From Amoebidium appalachense (lineage: Eukaryota > Protista > Ichthyosporea), in contig CAVNZM010000004.1 of the NCBI GenBank assembly GCA_963693365.1, positions 3,524,047 to 3,588,046 on the forward strand: a DNA stretch of 64,000 bases, written 5' to 3'. The translations under genes were made by a program, and so were the position numbers. The notes beneath the pieces were generated by a model, which saw nothing but the letters and a program-made list of their open reading frames with translations, did no database searches and had not been told where the DNA came from. This document shows positions 1 to 24,060 of the stretch, one piece after another (position 1 is the stretch's first letter; the number at the start of each line of letters is the position of its first letter).

Positions 1-3538
<3,538 letters not shown>

Positions 3539-4602
3539 GGCTGCAAGGCAAAAGAACCACTGTTAGAATGTGTACAAGGAAGAATTCTGGAAATGAATAG
3601 CGTGAAAGACATGAGAAAGAGGGACAGGGAGTATTGACGGGAAAGTGATCAGAATAAACGGTATGTCTGGGGAAAGGGGGGAAAAGGTGGGGGCCGGGGG
3701 GGAGGAGGCGAGTATAAAGCAACACATGAAGGAAGTGATTATGGCATAAGGCGGGATTAAAAAAGGAAAAACAAGGTGGTGTAAAGAGAGAAAGGTAACA
3801 GGGAAAAAACCACACGGACAAGAGTAAGGTAGGTAGGCTTCACCAATTTAGTCCTAAACTGTCGCATAAACGATGGGTAAAGAGTTTAGAGGTGTTGAGA
3901 AGAGGTCCTGCAGGAGATCAAGCCCTGGAAAGAGGTTTTCCAGACCGAAACTCAAACAGGCACGGGGACTAAAAAAACATGTGCAAGGGCGGCTCACCTG
4001 ATTCCTTGTGTGCATTTCAAGCACACAAGAGACGTATCACTAGTAGTGTACAGAAAATAGAAGCCAGTGTGTTTCAGCTCCGCAGAGATTCTCAAGTCCA
4101 AACCTTATAGATTTGGCTACATAGTCGATCAGACAAGTGTCATGACTTCTTAGTATGTATCATGCGGCAAAAAAGTAGGGTTTGAGGGTTGGCCTGGATT
4201 GATTCCAAAAGACTGCCTATGATATAACTATAGCCAACAGGTAACAATACAATAAGGCACTGAAATTCTCTAAGTTGTCAAGCAATGTGAATGCTTTAGC
4301 TCGCTTGAGCGCTAACTCGAGCAGACAAGGTCTAGACGGAAGGTGAGAGTGCCGGGTGACGCGACCAGGGCGTAACCGCTAGGGCGGCTGTTGGCGCCAT
4401 TTTTGAAGGTTGACCAATCAGCGTGTACCGGAACAGATCGCACGATTAGATTTCGATCGCACATGTAATCGGGTGAGAGAACCGGCCGGGCATTTGGGGT
4501 TGGTTCCAGTTCATTTATGTTACCCATCCTGGCGCTACTGTACCCTTCTTCTCTTTAACATTATCCTCATAGAATTCGAACTCATAAGTTCTTCTTCAAC
4601 TA

Positions 4603-4644
<42 letters not shown>

Positions 4645-4759
4645 TGGTGGTGGTGGTGGTACCACGGTGTGGTGGTGGTGGTGGTGGTGGGGCGAAAGGG
4701 CGGGCGGGGGGGAGGGAGGGGGGGGGAGGGGAGGGGGAGGAGGGGGACGGTGGGAGCTT

Positions 4760-5016
4760 CCGGGATCCGGACTGTCATTATGTGTGCATTTACATGTGTA
4801 TGCGCTTAATTCGTAAACCTGCGCGAGCATGTGAGCAATACATACTGTCGGTACGGGCATGTCCAGCTGCGTTTGTGACGTGCGTGTGTGTGTGTGTGTG
4901 TTTTTTTTTTTTTGTTTTTTTTTTAAAAAAAAAATTTTTTTCCTTTTTTTTTTTCTTGGGTGATGGTGGTTGTACCAGTGGCGCTACGGTGGTGGGTGGG
5001 TGGGTGGGGTGGGTGG

Positions 5017-5050
<34 letters not shown>

Positions 5051-5178
5051 GGGGGGCTGCAGGATCCGGACTGTCATATGATCATTAACATTATGTGTTC
5101 GTGTGTGTGCGCTTGTCGTAAAAGCGCATGAGCATGACTTCGTGAGCAATACTATCGGTACGGGTATGTCCTACTGTT
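4760..5178. repeat. Degenerate ~110-bp direct duplication (about 4763-4875 and 5062-5178)
   Basis: Both start ggatccggactgtcat and share gtgagcaatac...tcggtacggg(c/t)atgtcc. Confidence 0.65.
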
Positions 5179-5251
5179 GTTGTGTGTGTGTGTGTGTGTG
5201 TTATTTTTTATTTATTTATTATTTTTTTTTTTTGGGGGGGGGGGGGGGGGG

Positions 5252-5285
<34 letters not shown>

Positions 5286-5418
5286 TGGGATCAGAATTCT
5301 TCTAATCGCACGCTTGTGAATGAATATGTTGGCATCACACAGCCTGACAGCGCTAGGAGGGACCTCCAAACCAGTGCTTTGGTATACCTGGGGGGTGGTG
5401 GTGGTGGCATTTCACGGT

Positions 5419-5452
<34 letters not shown>

Positions 5453-5559
5453 CTGACAACCACCGAAGAATCATGGCCTGCATGGTCATGAGGCTTCGAC
5501 CGTCGAAGTCAAAATGTTTTCGTGTTGGTCTTCGTCAAATTTAGGTGCGCATGTATTTT

Positions 5560-5760
5560 ATTGTACCGCAGCAGCTACAGCATCTGGTGATCAAGTTTCA
5601 CATCATCATTCTTGCCGGACACAGACTCTTGCATAATAAACAATTTTATGCGCCACACGAACTTCGAGTTTACAGAAACACATTTATCACCGATGTACAA
5701 GTTTCTCAGACAGTATTTCTACCTTTTTGTTCATTTCCAAAATATTGAAAAAGTTTCGTC
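5560..5760 (-). pseudogene. Possible piggyBac transposase relic
   Basis: Minus-strand translation with stops gives LRNLYIGD...KFVWRIKLFIMQESVSG, reminiscent of the piggyBac blocks 'NLSIDE...KWGIKLFxLxESxSGY'. Weak and degenerate. Confidence 0.25.
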
Positions 5761-5917
5761 AAATAATACCACATCAAGTGCAGGTAACTGTTCATACACA
5801 ACAAACGAAGTAAAACATCGCCTTCAAAAAAGACAAAAGAAAAAAAAAAACGGTGTGTGTGTGCGTGTGTGTGGTGTGTCGTGATTGTGAAGGTGGTGGT
5901 GGTGGTGGTGGTGGTGT

Positions 5918-5948
<31 letters not shown>

Positions 5949-6057
5949 GGGGGAGGGGGGGGGGGGGGGGGGGGGGGGAAAGCTCAGTACAAAACTATAC
6001 TTGCAGTAACCATCAAAACCGCTAACTTACTCATTCGTACACCGCACTTGCACCAAT

Positions 6058-10858
<4,801 letters not shown>

Positions 10859-11389
10859 CTTTTTCACACTTCACCAACTCTGCTTTTCAACTGCATACCC
10901 AGCGATTAACCTCCAAAAAAAAAAACCTGAAAGCTTTCACGGTTTCTGACTTTTCGGCATGTACACGGTGTAGCCTATATACATGTCTTGGCGCGCTTGG
11001 GGTGGTCACTGTCATTATTTCGTTAGCCTAAAATGGTGCGCGCCGCGCTTTTGCATATGAATTCCCGATGTAATTTACGCAAAGTAGAGGTTCTGTGAGC
11101 CACATGCGTTTCACATGTGACAGTCATGTTCAAGAGGAGTGCACCACTCAGGCTAGCGGTAATTACAACAGATGTTTATGGGCCTTGTTAACGATTACTG
11201 AATAAACTTTTTGTATTTTCTCGAACTTAGCATTCTACTATATCGTGCTGAGGAAATACATGGAACTACCTTTGAAAGCTCACGAAAGGAACAGCCTTTG
11301 AGGGGAGTCGATTACTGTTCTGGAACAGCTGATCTTTATTGCACTTTGACTGTTGAGGACAAGTTGTCACTTTTAAGTCTCAATAAAGT

Positions 11390-11530
11390 TGTGTAATTTA
11401 CTTGCCCAACAAAAAGCACTGCATTAGTTTTTTTATCAATCACAGCTCGGCGACAGCTGTTGTAAGGAATTTTTTTTTCCCCAGCTTCGGCAAAATACAT
11501 AAAAGGTGAGTTGCAAGTTACACTTTGTTC
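11390..11530 (-). pseudogene. Orphan serpin C-terminal fragment
   Basis: SVTCNSPFMYF...VIDKKTNAVLFVGQVN fits the serpin C-terminal signature (xxD/N-x-P-F-hydrophobic...LFxGxV), interrupted by a 16-codon insert. It is preceded by an acacacag acceptor, but no upstream serpin exons were recognised. Confidence 0.45.
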
Positions 11531-11811
11531 TGTGTGTGTGCTATGCTCGAGTGTTTGCTCCATATGCGACCTAGAAGCGAAAAATGGTTCCATGAGATAG
11601 TGTGTCCTTTAACAAAATGCAAGTGGCACATTGCATCAAAAGGAGGGCTATGTGGTGTATGACGCAACCAGTTAATTCATAGTTTTTTGTGGACTAGGGC
11701 ATTGGTTTTGCTGTGTGGAGACTTCGAAGGCTAAGGTCGGAAGGAGGGAGGACGGGCCCAGGTGGGGGGAGGGGGGGGGGGGGGCTTTGTTGTGTGTGCG
11801 TGTGTGTCTGT

Positions 11812-11842
<31 letters not shown>

Positions 11843-12069
11843 GGGGGAGAAGGGGGGAGTAGAAGAGACACCTTTAAGCAATGTGTGAAATAGGACAAAC
11901 ATTTTTTGTCAGTAGCCGTTTCTTGGGTTGGGAATATTCTTCACAGTCGAAGACCTAGTCCTTGGGTGTCACAACACTACAGAGAAACGTAGTGCCGTGA
12001 CATGTTATTCTTGAGGGTTCGCTGTTGTAAACCAAAAACACGGACTTCTTTTTGCTCTCCCCCCCCCCC

Positions 12070-12215
12070 CGCATACTTGAATGTTTGCTTTTGCATGTGT
12101 CCTGCACCATGCTTCTCGTCGTGTATGCGTACTTCGTAATGTGTTCCGTTTTCAACCCCCCCTCCCTTCTCCCCTGTCGTGCATGCGTACTTCGTACTGT
12201 GTTCCGCATTCAAAC
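12070..12215 (+). repeat. Dispersed short repeat flanked by poly-C tracts (related copies at ~40358-40446, ~51672-51702 on minus, partial at ~14481-14500)
   Basis: gcatactt(g/c)aatgtttgc.tttgcatgtgtcct.caccatgcttctc...tacttcgta..gtgtt..g..ttcaacccc is shared with 40358-40446. The core tacttcgtac..gtgttccgc.ttcaaccc recurs at the other sites. Confidence 0.7.
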
Positions 12216-12230
12216 CCCCCCCCCCCCTTC

Positions 12231-12384
<154 letters not shown>

Positions 12385-12635
12385 AAACCGTTAGGAAAGG
12401 AAGGAGGAGAGAGAGTCAGTGGTGAAGAAAGTAAGGTTTTTTTTTTTCTTTTTCTTTTTCTTTCTTTCTTCTTTTTTTTTTTGGGGGGGGGGGGAGGGGG
12501 GGAGAGGGGGGAGGGGGGAGTGGGGAGAACGAGGGATAGATGAAAGATTTTTGGCACATAAACACCCAGACAGATAAACTCTACCCCCTCCCCCCCTCTC
12601 CCCCCTTCGAGAACACACACGTACGCGCTCACATG

Positions 12636-12674
<39 letters not shown>

Positions 12675-12816
12675 CACACTCACACATATACTCTCACACA
12701 CACCTCGACGCACCCAACCAGTACAGAAAAGAGAAAAAAGAATGAATGAACAATCAAAACAATAGAAAACTCAATATGAACAACAACGACCTTGACCTTT
12801 ACTGCCGTGTTTCCAG

Positions 12817-15545
<2,729 letters not shown>

Positions 15546-15854
15546 GTGTGTGCACCAGGTCCCTTATGACCCAAATGAGTCTTGTTTTTGTAGTCAATTC
15601 AGACGCGTGTGTTTGCTTTTTTTGCTTTCTTTTTTTTTGCAGAGAATCCCTAAATGCTCCCAGCAGTAGATCCAACGGAGCATACTTCAGCTAAAGTAGC
15701 TTGGTTGTATTTTCGCAGCCTGATGTTTGCAGCGTCACTCGAAAGTGAGGTTTGAGAGATGTTCTTATGCATTTGTCACGTTTGCTCTTATATGCAGTAG
15801 TCAACAATACTTTACAACATCTTCTGTTTGAATGGCTGTGTACACATGGTCTGA

Positions 15855-15885
<31 letters not shown>

Positions 15886-16499
15886 TTTGTTTTTGGCAGC
15901 CAATCACAGACTGCTAATACCTAAAGCAGTCTTGCGACGGGGTTCTTGTTTTTATGAATCAATATCGATATCAGTTCACGTTGCAAGCTGTCATCTACTA
16001 GCTAGGGGTTTATTTCTCATTTGGGCGTGCTGGGAACGGCGACAAGTTATCAATATCTCACCTGAACAAGGAGTAAAGTGCAATGATCCTGGCTGTGATC
16101 CCCCCTTCTCCCCCCCCCCCCCCCCCCCCCAGGGCCTCCCCTCCCCTCCAAACGCGTGGAAGACCGTGACATGCACACGTGCCTAGGCACACAATATAAC
16201 ACACATACACGCACGGTGAAACACATTGCACACCCACCCTCACGCACGCACAAACACACACACACAGTCACACACACACACACTATGATACATGCACACG
16301 CACGCGTTGCACTGCTTTTTAAACACCCATCATCGGCCATCATGGCATGCAATCACAACCGCAGGATGCCACAATCGGGACAGCCAGAGTGCCCTTGCGC
16401 ACACACGCACGCATACACGCACACACACACGCACACGCACATCACCGTGGCAGCTCCCACGCACCGATGTCCAAACTCGAGCGGCAAATATCAGGTGCT

Positions 16500-16710
16500 A
16501 CACGATTGGTGTGGTATGTCACTGACTCCATGAATGTCGCTAACGATTGGCAAACCTCTAGTCATCAAATTTTAGAACTCAAGGATTGGTGACATAGACC
16601 TTGATATCATGAGCCTGTAACTACGTATATAGGTCGCAGTGACTGTAAACCAATAAGGACAGCATTCAGAAAACAATAACCATGTTTGGACTAAGGTCCA
16701 CCAATCGCAA
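16500..16710. promoter_or_regulatory. Cluster of five CCAAT/ATTGG boxes, putative promoter of the KHA-C2H2 gene
   Basis: gattgg at ~16504, ~16545 and ~16584, and ccaat at ~16650 and ~16702. These precede a likely 5'UTR exon ending at GTGAGT (17072) whose intron has a perfect TACTAAC branch point (17713-17719) and ends at ccag 17735. Confidence 0.5.
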
Positions 16711-17744
16711 CCACAAATCTCTTTAGCGGTGATACCGGAATCGATTTGGAGGTGTGTAAAATGGATAAACGTTTCAAACGGCCACAAACCGCTGTCCGTT
16801 AAAAATAACGTGCCAGCTTCAACCGTTCATGTCAGCTTGCTTGCTTGGTGCTTCCTTTTCGCCCAAAGTTCAAAGGGAAATAACGGTCAACTCGCACCCG
16901 CAAACCGCTGCACAAAAAAAAGGCCAGAAAAGTAGAGGTCATTTCTTGTTTTATACTTGGGCTTTCAGCTTTTTCAGAATTTGAGTGACAGTGTAGGTGG
17001 CGGGAACGATCTATATGTACTTGGAGTTGTCTCTTTGACGTGTCTACTGCCCACCTGTGCCGTCAATTTGGGTGAGTTTTTCGCTGCACAAATTACACGT
17101 TCCTGTAGTTCTAAACTCATCACCATACAACATACAACTTCAATTGCTCACGTATTTGGAAATGGTATGCTTTTATGTGTTTTGAAGGATTTATTTTCTA
17201 CCTGGGGGGGTCCTTGGGTTCAGGTTTTGTGTCTCTTTACTTTCTTTCTTTTTCTTTTTCTTTTTGCGAATTTCTCGTGTGCTTTACTCACCTCCCGCTT
17301 CCCATTTTCCTCTTTCCCCTTGCCTTTCCCTTCTCCCGTTCCCCTCACTCTCCTGTGCCTTACTATTACTTTGTACCCCACCACCAGAACGACCGCTCTC
17401 ACCTTGTCCTTTTACACACGTTTAGGTTTGTTTGGGATAAAGTAGGGACTTGCATGCGCGTTCCAGATGCACATGTAATAATTCAAGCAACTCAAGGAGA
17501 ACATCTTTACTAATCCTCAGACTGAAGACTCCCCATCTGCGACCTTTATTTTCGTGTTGCACTATTATCACGAGCTTTTACATAAACTGATGCAAAAACG
17601 TGGCTGAAAAGTGCCGTAAATTTCTGTCTCTTTTTGCTTTTGATTCACGCAGTTCAATCGTTTCTATCAACTTTAACTGGCTCCCCTCAGGCTCCATTCA
17701 ACAACCAATCCATACTAACTTAACCCTTGTACCAGAACATCACC

Positions 17745-18086
17745 ATGTCTCGACGTGTAAAAGTCCAGTATGCATCCGGTGAGACGGTTTTGGGCAGCAA
17801 GCTCATGCAAGTCCCCGGGTCTACGGATGAGTTTTTCGACCTCGTTCGCGCAAAGTTTGGTATTCCTCCAGAGGATCAACTGCAGATGCGTGTAGATGAT
17901 GCCGATGTTGATGACATCGATATAATTCGCGACGACGATACAGTGGTTGTTTCTCGTCTTGGAGATATAGCAAAGAGGGGGTCCCTGTCGGCTGCTTTTA
18001 ACCCCGCTGCCTCGGCATTTGCTCTCTACCCACCGGCTACGTTTTCTACCAGTGAGTTTTTTCCATCGGATCTGGGATTTTGTTTC

Positions 18087-18138
<52 letters not shown>

Positions 18139-18695
18139 GTTTTTTTTGGCTGTTCTTGGGGCAAGCATGCTTTTTATGTTAGTAGTTCTGGATGTGAGGG
18201 TTGTTTGTGTATGCTTTTGCTCTACATGCAAAAGCGAAGGAGGGGAGGGGTGGGAGAAGGGGGGGGGGGGGGGGGGGGGGGGGGGGATGTCCGAATAGCA
18301 GTGTGATGGTCGGTTTTTTATGGGTGAAATGCTCTGCATAACATACTAGCTTGTGGTATTACCGTTGGTGCTTAGAAACAAGAAGAATTGGGGGGGGGGG
18401 AGGGGGGGGGGGCATTTTAAATTATTGTCAATCTTGAATTTTTGAAACTTCACAGGAGAATTCACATTTCTGTACACGACTGGGGCCCGGAGGAAGGTGG
18501 ACCTGGGAGAAGGGGGGGGGGGAGGGAGGGGTCCGGTAACTTGAGTTATGTGATTGTCTTGTTAAACTTATGTTCTTTGGTTTTTTCAGCTTTTTTCTTG
18601 CCCATCCAACACTCTTGGTACTCCACATTTGGGGCTAATTCGTTGATCGGAATTCTTGTTTGATCATGTGCAAACTGGCATGGCTCCGACCCCCC

Positions 18696-18733
<38 letters not shown>

Positions 18734-19111
18734 TTTTTCCTCTTCCTTCTCCGCCTTCTCTCCTCTCTCTCTGTCTCTCTCTCTCTGTGTGTGTGCGTGT
18801 GTGTGTGTGTGTGTGTGTGCCCCCCTTCCTTCCCCCCCTTCTCCTCCTTCTCCTCCACCCTTTTGCTCCCCCTTTTCTTCCCTTTTTCTCCATACTCAAT
18901 GTTTGAACTCTCTCGACAACACATGAAAGAAACTACCCCCACTGACCCTCTACCTGCCCCCTGCCCTCCCCCCCCCCTCTTTTTTTTAAAAAAAAATTCC
19001 TCCCTACTTCCTTGTTTTCACAATGCACCTACTGTCGTGGCTCTTCTCTTACCCACCCGCCGCCATGCCTTCCCTCCTCTTGCCAAGACCTCATAGTGCC
19101 CACATTCTGAA

Positions 19112-19187
<76 letters not shown>

Positions 19188-19618
19188 ACACACACACACA
19201 AGATTTGGGCCCCTTCGAGGATGGGCTATGCTTAGCATGCATGTTTTTTTGTGTGTGCTTTGCAAAGTCTTTATTGTGTATGTTGATCGTTGTGAATGTG
19301 TACTTCGTGCATTGTAACCCATTCTAACCCCCCTCCCCCCCCCCCCCCCCCCCTCATCCCCTTGCCAACACACAAACACACACACACACACACACACACA
19401 GGCATGTTCGACACGTTTGGTGGCCTCACCGGCTACGGGGACATGAGTGGTAGTCGTCTGTCCCTGCAGGGGGGCCGTCTGGTGCCCAAGAAGAAACGCT
19501 ACCGTAGGTCGCATCAGGAGCTGAGCAGAGAGCACAAGTGCACCATTGAAGGGTGTGGCAGGATGTATGCGTCGGAGAACTCCCTTGTGCAGGTGTGTGT
19601 GTGTGTGTGTGTGTTGGG

Positions 19619-19663
<45 letters not shown>

Positions 19664-19754
19664 CTGGGCTCTATAATGTGTGTGAGTTGGTGTCGAGTTT
19701 GGGGGTATGGGTGTTTGTATTTGTTTGTGTGGGTGATGGAGTGTGTGTGTAAAG

Positions 19755-19815
<61 letters not shown>

Positions 19816-21343
19816 GGGGGGGGGTGGGGGGGCAGTGTAGATGCAGCTGCCTTATCAGTATGGGTTTGTTGGATGAATGGTTGCTGTCTAACTTGTTCAT
19901 ACCGGCAAATTTCCCAAGAACGAGATCGACGTGTCACTTTTCGACACGACCAAGTTTCTGCTGTAATGTGGGCATAAAGTTGATAAGAACTAGCCTATGA
20001 AAAATTGCACGACAGTAAAATATGTATTCATTCTTCGTTTCATGCAAAAAAAATATGTATATATATATATATAAAAATGAACTGTGTTCTAGCACACGAT
20101 ACTTTGTATATAGTATAACTACGAAGGGTGCTTGCCGGCTTGACGATTCAATGTCGACATCCAAAATGCTGTCAATGCAAGCTTCTGATTGGACCAATGT
20201 GAAAATGGCAGAATATGATTGGCCGGCTCAGTCGACATTAGTCCCCTCAGAAACAGATATAAAAGTACACGAAATAATGGTGTTTTCCACAAACCAACGG
20301 AAACATATGTAGGTAAGACATCTGCCTGTCGGCATATCCAATTTATTTGAGCTTTTTCTAATGATTTTGAGTCACAATAGAGTTGTTTAGGGCTGGCCGG
20401 CTGCCGGCCAAATCAATTAGTGCCGGCCCGAAGAGGTTAAGGGGAGGAGCAGTGGGAGAGGTGATTTTTCCTAGTGGTTGTTTGTGCGCTCCTGTTACAT
20501 TTTTTTTATCTCGGACGACTGGGATCAACGCAGCAGCACTGCTTTCTGTAAATACGTGTGGGTTTTTTGTGCAGGATACCGATACGAGGGACTTTTGATT
20601 CGAAATTGGGAGTGGGTAGGTAGGAAAGAGAATGGGGATGGTTGTGTGTGTGTGTGTGTTGGGGGCGGAGGGGGGGGGGGGGGGGGGGGGGAGGAAGGGA
20701 AGAAAAAAAGGTGGCTCTGTAGATATTCGGGATGTCCGTTTGGTGTGAGGAATCAATGTGCACTGCTCATACTACACGTTCATGTTTAGTGCATGTTTGC
20801 AGTATTACTTGTGCATGCATGGATTGCATGTGATCTTTGCGATTGTGGACGACATTTAGATAAAGTGCGCGACCTTTCAGTGTTGGGTTTTGGTCATCAA
20901 GCTTGTTTTTCGAGGATGGATATAAAGGGGAAAGAAGCGTGTGTTTGTGGAGGAGGGGGTAGGGGAGGCGGTTTTATCTGGCCAAAATCCTCTGTATGAG
21001 TACCTTGCCACTCACCAACCCTTTCTGCTGTCAAACCTTGTACACGCTAAAACCCTTGACCCATGCTATTTGGCTAGGTTTGGTAGTATTTTTAGTTTAA
21101 AAGCAAACAAACGGCAGCTTTCATGCACGTCCACCCCCCCCCCCCCCCTCTCCCTCTCTCTCCCTCTCTCTCTCTCTCTCCTCCTCATCCTCCTCCCATT
21201 CCCTTGCCCCCCTCTCCCTTCCTCTCTTTTATTCCCCCGCACAGTTGCTGTTTCCACGTTCCGCAGTTGCTGTTTCCACGTTTACGCCTTTTCTTTGTTT
21301 TTATTCGATGTTCTGCCCCCCCCCCCCCCCCCCCCCCTTTTTC

Positions 21344-21380
<37 letters not shown>

Positions 21381-21843
21381 GCGCGCGCGCATGTGTGTGT
21401 GTGTGTGTGTGTGTGTGCGCAGCTGTCTCACGAATATCTCTTTGTGATCCAGCACATCCGCATCAAGCACCCACAATATGCTGGCCAGGTGAGCAAACGA
21501 GGCAGAAAATCGGCGGGAACAGACAGCCAGGGAGAGGACGGGGCCGTTTTTTCCGAAGCACAAAGCGGGGCAGAGGAGGGTTATCACTACGTCACAGAGG
21601 GAGAACTGAAAGCGGAAGGAACAGTCGGGGAAAACGGGGAGGAAAATGGACATGGGGAGGTAGGGGTAGGGGAGGAGGGTGGCGAGGGGGAGGGGGGAGA
21701 GGCGGAGGGAGAAGGGGAGGGGGACGGAGGGGAGCATGGGGGAAGGGGAACAGGGGGAGGGGGTGGGGGTGGATGACGGGCAGGTGGAGATGGATGGGTA
21801 CGCACATGTTGAGTATGCGGATGCACCGGTTGATCAACCGTAG
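17745..21843 (+). CDS. KHA-like (ubiquitin-like) domain + single Con7-like C2H2 zinc finger protein with acidic Gly/Glu tail. Exons 17745-18051, 19402-19592, 21453-21843 (one-base frameshift near 21740)
   Basis: Exon 1 SKLMQVPGSTDEFFDLVRAKFGI...DDADVDDIDIIRDDDTVVV resembles the KHA consensus. Exons 2-3 give KKKRYRRSHQELSREHKCTIEGCGRMYASENSLVQ|HIRIKH. The literal frame stops at 21776, but removing one G from the run at ~21738-21742 gives ...HGEGEQGEGVGVDDGQVEMDGYAHVEYADAPVDQP*. Confidence 0.8.
19892..20436. mobile_element. piggyBac-like MITE, 545 bp (intronic)
   Basis: Ends cttgttcataccggca ... tgccggcccgaagagg (imperfect TIR), flanked by CTAA and TTAA. AT-rich non-coding interior. Second copy at 562-792. 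Confidence 0.75.
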
Positions 21844-21908
21844 GGGTGTGCGTACATGTTTAGTGTGTGTGTGTGTGTGTGTTTACCTGCATTGCGAAAG
21901 TGTCCCGT

Positions 21909-21945
<37 letters not shown>

Positions 21946-22778
21946 CCAAACACATCTCGATCTGCCTTTCAGCTTCAATTTTGCGAAGATTTTTGTTACT
22001 TGTTTTGTCCCTTGATATTTCTTTTGAAAATAGCTTCTGTTTCTATGGGGGGCTTTTTTTGCACGTTGGTGTACATTTTTGTCTCCTCAGCCTGTTTAGG
22101 GTGACCTTCTGCCCCCCCCCTTTTTTTTTTTTTTTTTAATCCCTCTCGCCGCGGCGGGGGGGGGGGGGGGGGGGGGGATGTAGAACAAAACGTGTTTTCT
22201 CAACACGGATTTCTCTTTCCTATTCGGGGATTCCGCTAGCACTGCGGAGAGTGTTTTATGCAAGACCTAATCTATCTAACTCGTTGAGTGATGTATGTGG
22301 GAGACCCCAAGCTGCCAGGGGGGGGGGGGGGGGTCATTAAATGATTGTTGTCAAGCCGTGGGCTGGTCTCTGGCTTGAATGTGGCTTATCTTTATATATA
22401 GAGAATGATAGCCTTCTGGGCCTAGAATAAAAACACAATATTCGCTTTTATTTTGCCTCTTTTGGCATCGTGACGCTTGTTATACAATCTTTGCCTCTTG
22501 CATGACCAGTCGCGAATGGGAGGTCGATCGCGCGAATAGTCGTTTTTCACTCAAATATGCAACTACTCTGAAACAAAATGTTGTCCATGTGCATGCGACA
22601 GAAGAGGGGGGGGGGGTATGTTGGGACAAGAATGTGGCAGCCGAATAATTATAAAGTGCATCTATCCAATAGATTCTGAAGCCTTCAGCGTTACATATAT
22701 TTGATTGGCCTATATAGATCGTGTCTAGAATTTTCCAAACTGGAATTCTCGAATATTCCTAATAGATCTACAAGTTTA

Positions 22779-22885
22779 GGGTTTACACACTTTTTATTGC
22801 GTGGACACTGCCGGAGGCCCAGCCACATTCGACGGCCTACTGCGTTTTCCAGCGCAGCCAATCAAATGCAGCCAGTGACATGACA
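22779..22885 (-). mobile_element. 5'-truncated non-LTR retrotransposon 3' end with 10-bp target-site duplication
   Basis: 22778-22881 matches 27720-27823 with 2 mismatches. TACAAGTTTA is duplicated at 22769-22778 and 22886-22895. AATAAA lies near the minus-strand 3' end. Confidence 0.8.
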
Positions 22886-23129
22886 TACAAGTTTACTATA
22901 ATTTCGGCCTTTCGACGTGATTTAGATTTTAAAGATCTAGAATCTGATATTCCTACTTTCCAGTCGTCAAACCCTTCTTTTTTCGCGCCAAACTTCCATC
23001 AATGCCTAACGTCCATCTTGCAGGTGAGTTTACGAATTCATTTTCGGCTTTGCAACAAGCGTGCGGTTGTTTGCAAATTGGCAGACAGTGAAGTCTGTAT
23101 TTTCTACTAATGAATAAGAGCAAGTACAA

Positions 23130-23226
23130 TGCGGTGAAAATACCCTTCCTCGGAGGCCTAGGGACTGCAGGAGGGGAGGACATTTAATCGGGTGGATTCC
23201 CGGGGGAGGGAGGGGTTTGCCTGGCG

Positions 23227-23267
<41 letters not shown>

Positions 23268-23398
23268 GAGGGGGAAGAAGTCCCATGGCCACTAATGATG
23301 CATCGACATCAGTCGGATATACGACGCTTCAGATTGAAACCGAAAAATCAAGGGGCCGGCTGGGCTCGAGATGCAGGTGTCCGGGGAGCAGAGTGGGG

Positions 23399-23430
<32 letters not shown>

Positions 23431-24060
23431 ATCAGGGGAATCGTACGCACAGCCTGAATATTGATATAGGTAGAGGGGACCCGGGAGTAGCGCCTATTGG
23501 GGGGAAGGGGGGGGGGGGGGGGGGGGGGGGGGGTTGCACGGACACATACTTGATAGAAGGGGTCTTACGTATGATAATAGAACCCCAAAGGGGGTCCAGA
23601 CGTTATCAACGGGGGGGGGGGGGGGGGGGGGGAATTCGAAGTGTGCGACGGGGTAGGGAGCTCGAGGCACGCGGTGCACCGTGCACAATGTGTACACGTG
23701 CACATGTGTGATCATCAAGCAGGCTAAGCAGACAAAATCTCACGGTAAGCTCATACTGAATGACCAACACAAATCATTGCACATTTTAGACAGCCGGTCG
23801 TTGACACGAACACACACACAATATTTAATATCAATAATGTAACAGTGTCAAATCATAGTAACCACGTTGACACACACACACTGTCGTCATACACACACAA
23901 CGACACCTCGCACACACAAGGGCTAACTTAAAGTACTTGGTAACTTTTACACACATTTTTGCATTTTCCACTACCGTATGGCATGGTTCACATACACACA
24001 CACACACACACACCCGTTGGCCTTAGGCAACATCAGCAATGTGCACAGTATACGTCATAA
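23130..24060. repeat. Diverged interspersed repeat related to ~28930-29950
   Basis: Collinear shared blocks: aaaccgaaaaa.c..gggcc (~23337 and ~29158), ctcacggtaagctcatactgaat (~23738 and ~29757), ggcaaca....gcaatg (~24026 and ~29873). Confidence 0.5.

Noticed and set aside
21737-21776. Programmed frameshift or early stop in the KHA-C2H2 gene
   Set aside because: One extra G in a G-run explains it, and homopolymer length error is likely in this assembly.
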